Source: Minisyncoccota bacterium
Lineage (GTDB): Bacteria; Patescibacteriota; Minisyncoccia; Phycocordibacterales; Phycocordibacteraceae
Reading direction: 5' to 3'
Length of the DNA stretch: 58,458 nt
NCBI GenBank assembly: GCA_035547315.1
Contig: DASZVH010000001.1
Span: 1-58,458, forward strand
Shown one piece after another: positions 55,472 through 58,458 of this stretch (positions within the stretch are counted from its first letter, which is position 1; the number at the start of each line of letters is the position of its first letter). A program made the position numbers and the translations under genes. Under the pieces are notes generated by a model. It ran no database searches and was not told where the DNA came from. It saw only the letters and a program-made list of their open reading frames with translations.

Positions 55472-56020
55472 ATGATGTTGACCAAAGCCCGCCAGCAGAC
55501 CGCCTATGAAGCTCTCTCGCCGAGCTTCGGCTATACCTCGCGCATGCAGGCGCCGCGCGTTCTCAAGGTCGTGATCTCCTCGGGCGTCGGCAAGAAGCGG
55601 GACCAGAAGCAGGTCGCGCTCATCACCGAGCGCCTCGCGCGCATCACGGGCCAGGCGCCCGCGCCGCGCGCCGCCAAGCAGTCGATCGCCTCCTTCAAGG
55701 TGCGCGCGGGCGACACCGTCGGGCTCCAAGTCACGCTGCGCGGAGGGCGGATGTTCGACTTCCTCGATAAGCTCGTTCATATCGCGCTGCCCCGCACGCG
55801 CGACTTCCGCGGCCTCGCGGCCTCCGCCGTCGACGACATGGGCAACCTCACGATCGGCATCAAGGAGCACACTATCTTCCCGGAGACCTCGGATGAGGAC
55901 TTGAAGGACGTCTTCGGCCTCGCGATCACGATCGTCACGACCGCCAAGAACAAGGCGGAGGCCGAGGCCTTCTTCCGCCACCTGGGCTTCCCGCTCCGCT
56001 CCGCCGAGAGCAAGAAATAA
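55472..56020 (+). CDS. rplE: 50S ribosomal protein L5
   Basis: ITGQ.P, KQSIASFKVRAG, VTLRG..M..FLDKL, LPRTRDFRG, IFPE. Confidence 0.98.
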   Translation: MMLTKARQQTAYEALSPSFGYTSRMQAPRVLKVVISSGVGKKRDQKQVALITERLARITGQAPAPRAAKQSIASFKVRAGDTVGLQVTLRGGRMFDFLDKLVHIALPRTRDFRGLAASAVDDMGNLTIGIKEHTIFPETSDEDLKDVFGLAITIVTTAKNKAEAEAFFRHLGFPLRSAESKK

Positions 56021-56303
56021 TCGCTGTAACAAAAACGAGTGCGGCTCTGCGAGCTTGGTTGTAGTCCTTCGAATTGCTATAATCGCTCTGATGGTTTCGC
56101 AAAAGGACAAAACGGAAGCGGAAGCGCGCAAAAAGGAGATTCAGGCCTTTGCGCGTGATTTTATTCGCCGCTATAGGCCTTGTTTCGAAGCGCTGGCGAA
56201 GAAATAATTTCGTTCAAACGAATAGCACGGCGCCGGAGGCGCCGCGTTGCGTTTAGCGGGGGGAAGGCATAGGATTATCGCCGGATACCAAGGAGCCGAA
56301 CCA

Positions 56304-56687
56304 ATGCCGCAGTCGAAACTCGCAGGACTCGAGAAAGAGAACCTGCAGAAAATATGCCGCTCGGTCATCAGGCCGTATGCGGAGCTCGCCGTCCATGTGA
56401 GCAAGATGATACGGACGAGCCATTTCTCCGCCGACCCCGCAAGTAAGGTCGAGCGGTTGATGGAGAAATTCCGCACCGCCTGGCTGCCCGAAATCTTCGC
56501 GAAGGCGATCACGGGCTCGATGGTGGCAGATGTCGTCACCGACATCCCCGCGAACGAACCGATCCGCGAGGAGGTCGAGATGCTCCTCGAGGGCACCGGC
56601 TTCGTCGTGAAGGAATTTGGACAATATCATCTGCACCCCAAGTTTGCCGTCCATCGTCTCACCATCTCCTGGTTGGTAGCCGGCTAG
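56304..56687 (+). CDS. Hypothetical protein inserted between rplE and rpsN
   Basis: From MPQSKL with AAGGAG RBS; followed by hairpin GGCCCCGC/GCGGGGCC and a T-run. Confidence 0.6.
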   Translation: MPQSKLAGLEKENLQKICRSVIRPYAELAVHVSKMIRTSHFSADPASKVERLMEKFRTAWLPEIFAKAITGSMVADVVTDIPANEPIREEVEMLLEGTGFVVKEFGQYHLHPKFAVHRLTISWLVAG

Positions 56688-56732
56688 TGAATAATCGGCC
56701 CCGCCTCGTGCGGGGCCTTCTTTTGGGCTGGT

Positions 56733-56761
56733 TTGACGCCTGAATGCCCAGGTGATACATT
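56733..56761 (+). promoter_or_regulatory. Sigma70-like promoter of rpsN
   Basis: TTGACG-N17-TACATT. Confidence 0.6.
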
Positions 56762-56790
56762 GTTTTCACGCTCTTCGGAGCTTTTTATTT

Positions 56791-57060
56791 ATGGCGAAAA
56801 AGTCCCAGCTTGCCCGACAAGCCAAGCGCGAGCGCTTGGTCAAGAAGTACGCCGCCAAGCGCGCGGCGTTTAAGGCTGCGGGCGACTCCGAGGGTCTCCA
56901 GAAGCTCCCCAAGAACTCCTCGCCGGTCCGCCTCAAGAACCGCTCCGCGATCTCCGGCCGCTCGCGCGGCTATATGCGCGCCTTCGGCGTCTCGCGCATC
57001 GACTTCCGCGAGCTCGCGCGGCAGGGCAAGATCCCGGGGGTCAAGAAGGCTTCGTGGTAA
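56791..57060 (+). CDS. rpsN: 30S ribosomal protein S14, zinc-free 89-aa type
   Basis: MAKKS...[22 protein letters not shown]...IPGVKKASW; contains no Cys. Confidence 0.97.
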   Translation: MAKKSQLARQAKRERLVKKYAAKRAAFKAAGDSEGLQKLPKNSSPVRLKNRSAISGRSRGYMRAFGVSRIDFRELARQGKIPGVKKASW

Positions 57061-57073
57061 GCATTTCTATACT

Positions 57074-57469
57074 ATGACCAGCGACCGCGTCGGCGACTTC
57101 ATCACTCGGCTCGTGAACGCGAGCGCGATCGGCAAGCGCGCCGTCGAGCTGCCGTACGCCAAGCATCTGGAGGCGATCGCCCGCAAGCTCTCGGCGCTCG
57201 GTTTCGTCGGCTCGGTCTCGGTGCAAGGGGAGGCTCCCAAGAAGGCGCTTGCGGTCGAGCTCCTCTACGCGCCCTCCGGCGAGCCCAAGATCCGCGGCGT
57301 CAAGCGCCTCTCCAAGCCCGGCCGCCGTCTCTACGCGCCCCACACCGAGGCGCACCGGGTCGCCGGCGGCACCGGCGCGCGGCTCTTCTCGACCTCCAAG
57401 GGCATCCTCGCGGACGCCGAGGCGCGCCGCGACCGCGCCGGCGGGGAGGCGCTCTTCGAGATCTGGTAA
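57074..57469 (+). CDS. rpsH: 30S ribosomal protein S8
   Basis: D.VGDFITR..NA, KRLSKPGRR.Y, STSKGIL, GGE.L. Confidence 0.97.
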   Translation: MTSDRVGDFITRLVNASAIGKRAVELPYAKHLEAIARKLSALGFVGSVSVQGEAPKKALAVELLYAPSGEPKIRGVKRLSKPGRRLYAPHTEAHRVAGGTGARLFSTSKGILADAEARRDRAGGEALFEIW

Positions 57470-57473
57470 TGCC

Positions 57474-58004
57474 ATGAGCCGCCTCGCCAAAAAGCCGATC
57501 GCTCCAGGGAAAGCCGAGGTCTCGGTCGCGGCCGGCACCTTGACCGTCAAGGGCCCCAAGGCGACGCTCACCAAGCGCGTCCACCCGGCGGTCGCGATCA
57601 CGGTCGGGAGCGAGGGCGTCTCGGTCGCCGCCAAGGACAATTCGCGGCTGGCCAAGGCGCTGGTCGGCACCTACGCCTCCCACCTCAAGAACATGGTCGC
57701 GGGCGTCTCGAAGCCCTTTGTCCGCAAGCTCATTCTCGAGGGCGTCGGCTACAAGGTCGAAGTCAAGGGTAAAGAGCTCAATTTCCAGGTCGGGAAGTCG
57801 CACCCGGTCAAGCTCGCTATACCCGAGGGGGTTGCGGCCGCGGTGGAGAAGAATGCGATCACGCTTGAGAGCGCGGACAAGGAGACGGTCGGGCAGTTCG
57901 CCGCGAACATCCGCCGCGTGAAGCCGCCCGAGCCGTATCTGGGCAAAGGCATCCGCTACGAGGGCGAGGTTATCCGACGCAAGCAAGGCAAAAAGGCGGT
58001 TTAA
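57474..58004 (+). CDS. rplF: 50S ribosomal protein L6
   Basis: MSRLAKKPI, VKGPK, L.LEGVGYK, GKSHPV, PPEPYLGKGIRY. Confidence 0.98.
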   Translation: MSRLAKKPIAPGKAEVSVAAGTLTVKGPKATLTKRVHPAVAITVGSEGVSVAAKDNSRLAKALVGTYASHLKNMVAGVSKPFVRKLILEGVGYKVEVKGKELNFQVGKSHPVKLAIPEGVAAAVEKNAITLESADKETVGQFAANIRRVKPPEPYLGKGIRYEGEVIRRKQGKKAV

Positions 58005-58031
58005 TAGGCGCGAGGATTCCAGGCACCAGCT

Positions 58032-58382
58032 ATGAAAAATCAACCTGCAACCAAGAACGCGAAACGGCAGCGCCGCCATCGGCGCCTGCGCGCGCGCGTA
58101 TCCGGCACCGCCGCGCGCCCGCGCCTCGCGGTTTTCAAGAGCAACCGTTTCCTCTCTGCCCAGCTTATCGACGACGCGGCGGGGAAGACGCTCGCCGCGG
58201 CGCACGGGCGCACCGCGGGCGGCCCGCCCGGCAAACAGGCGGCCTATGTCGGCGAGGCGATCGCTCAGGCAGCCAAGAAGCAGGGCATCGAGAGGGCCGT
58301 CTTCGATCGCGGGGGCTACCGTTACGCCGCGCAGATCAAAGCGCTCGCGGAGGCGGCGCGCGCGGGCGGCTTGCGCTTTTAA
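58032..58382 (+). CDS. rplR: 50S ribosomal protein L18
   Basis: RPRLAVFKSN, AQLIDD, VFDRGGYRY, AR.GGL.F. Confidence 0.97.
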   Translation: MKNQPATKNAKRQRRHRRLRARVSGTAARPRLAVFKSNRFLSAQLIDDAAGKTLAAAHGRTAGGPPGKQAAYVGEAIAQAAKKQGIERAVFDRGGYRYAAQIKALAEAARAGGLRF

Positions 58383-58385
58383 GCC

Positions 58386-58458
58386 ATGACTGATACCACC
58401 ACTACCATGCCCGAGGGGACCAAGCAGGAGGCGCCGCGCGCGCCGGAGGCCCGCGCGG
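58386..58458 (+). CDS. rpsE: 5' fragment of probable S5 (N-terminal extension)
   Basis: ATG 3 nt after the rplR stop, reading MTDTTTTMPEGTKQEAPRAPEAR. Identity from canonical gene order only. Confidence 0.55.
   Translation, partial: MTDTTTTMPEGTKQEAPRAPEARA

Noticed and set aside
57068-57076. TATACT immediately before the rpsH ATG as a leaderless promoter
   Set aside because: Zero spacing is incompatible with a start at the ATG, and the 13-nt gap after rpsN suggests co-transcription.

Overview
GC-rich window from a small-genome bacterium, most likely Patescibacteria/CPR (Parcubacteria-like). This is inferred from gene content, compact ribosomal proteins with terminal extensions, and Parcubacteria-type secreted proteins. 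Standard code 11: rpsJ and rnhA end at TGA. Left to right: (i) a minus-strand operon with FlgD-Ig, dockerin and cohesin surface proteins; (ii) rnhA, recJ and a HIT gene; (iii) a RelB/YafQ-like toxin-antitoxin pair wedged between pgk and a diverged copy of the pgk 3' end; (iv) pgk-tpiA; (v) type IV pilus genes (PilX/W/V-like, pilC, pilB) around an rpsL-rpsG unit lacking fusA; (vi) nusA, ppa, clpP, rny, HU, rarA and a compact zwf; (vii) four tRNAs (Gly-TCC, Pro-TGG, Gly-GCC, Arg-TCG), a CCA-adding enzyme, xth and a XerC-like recombinase; (viii) a large LCAT-like lipase coupled to a small membrane protein, and a 1825-aa peptidoglycan-binding/FN3/beta-helix glycosidase-like protein; (ix) tuf and the S10/spc ribosomal cluster, interrupted three times by non-ribosomal genes. 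The most notable unannotated signals are the cohesin-dockerin operon, a structured ~250-nt candidate RNA with its own promoter and inverted-repeat operator (31722-32030), -10 boxes 6-9 nt before many start codons (leaderless-type), a short repeated element also found in-frame inside rplC, a recombinase-like relic at tRNA-Gly, and a lipase/immunity-like pair. Family assignments come from motif recognition by eye, not database searches. No CRISPR array, rRNA or intact IS was seen.
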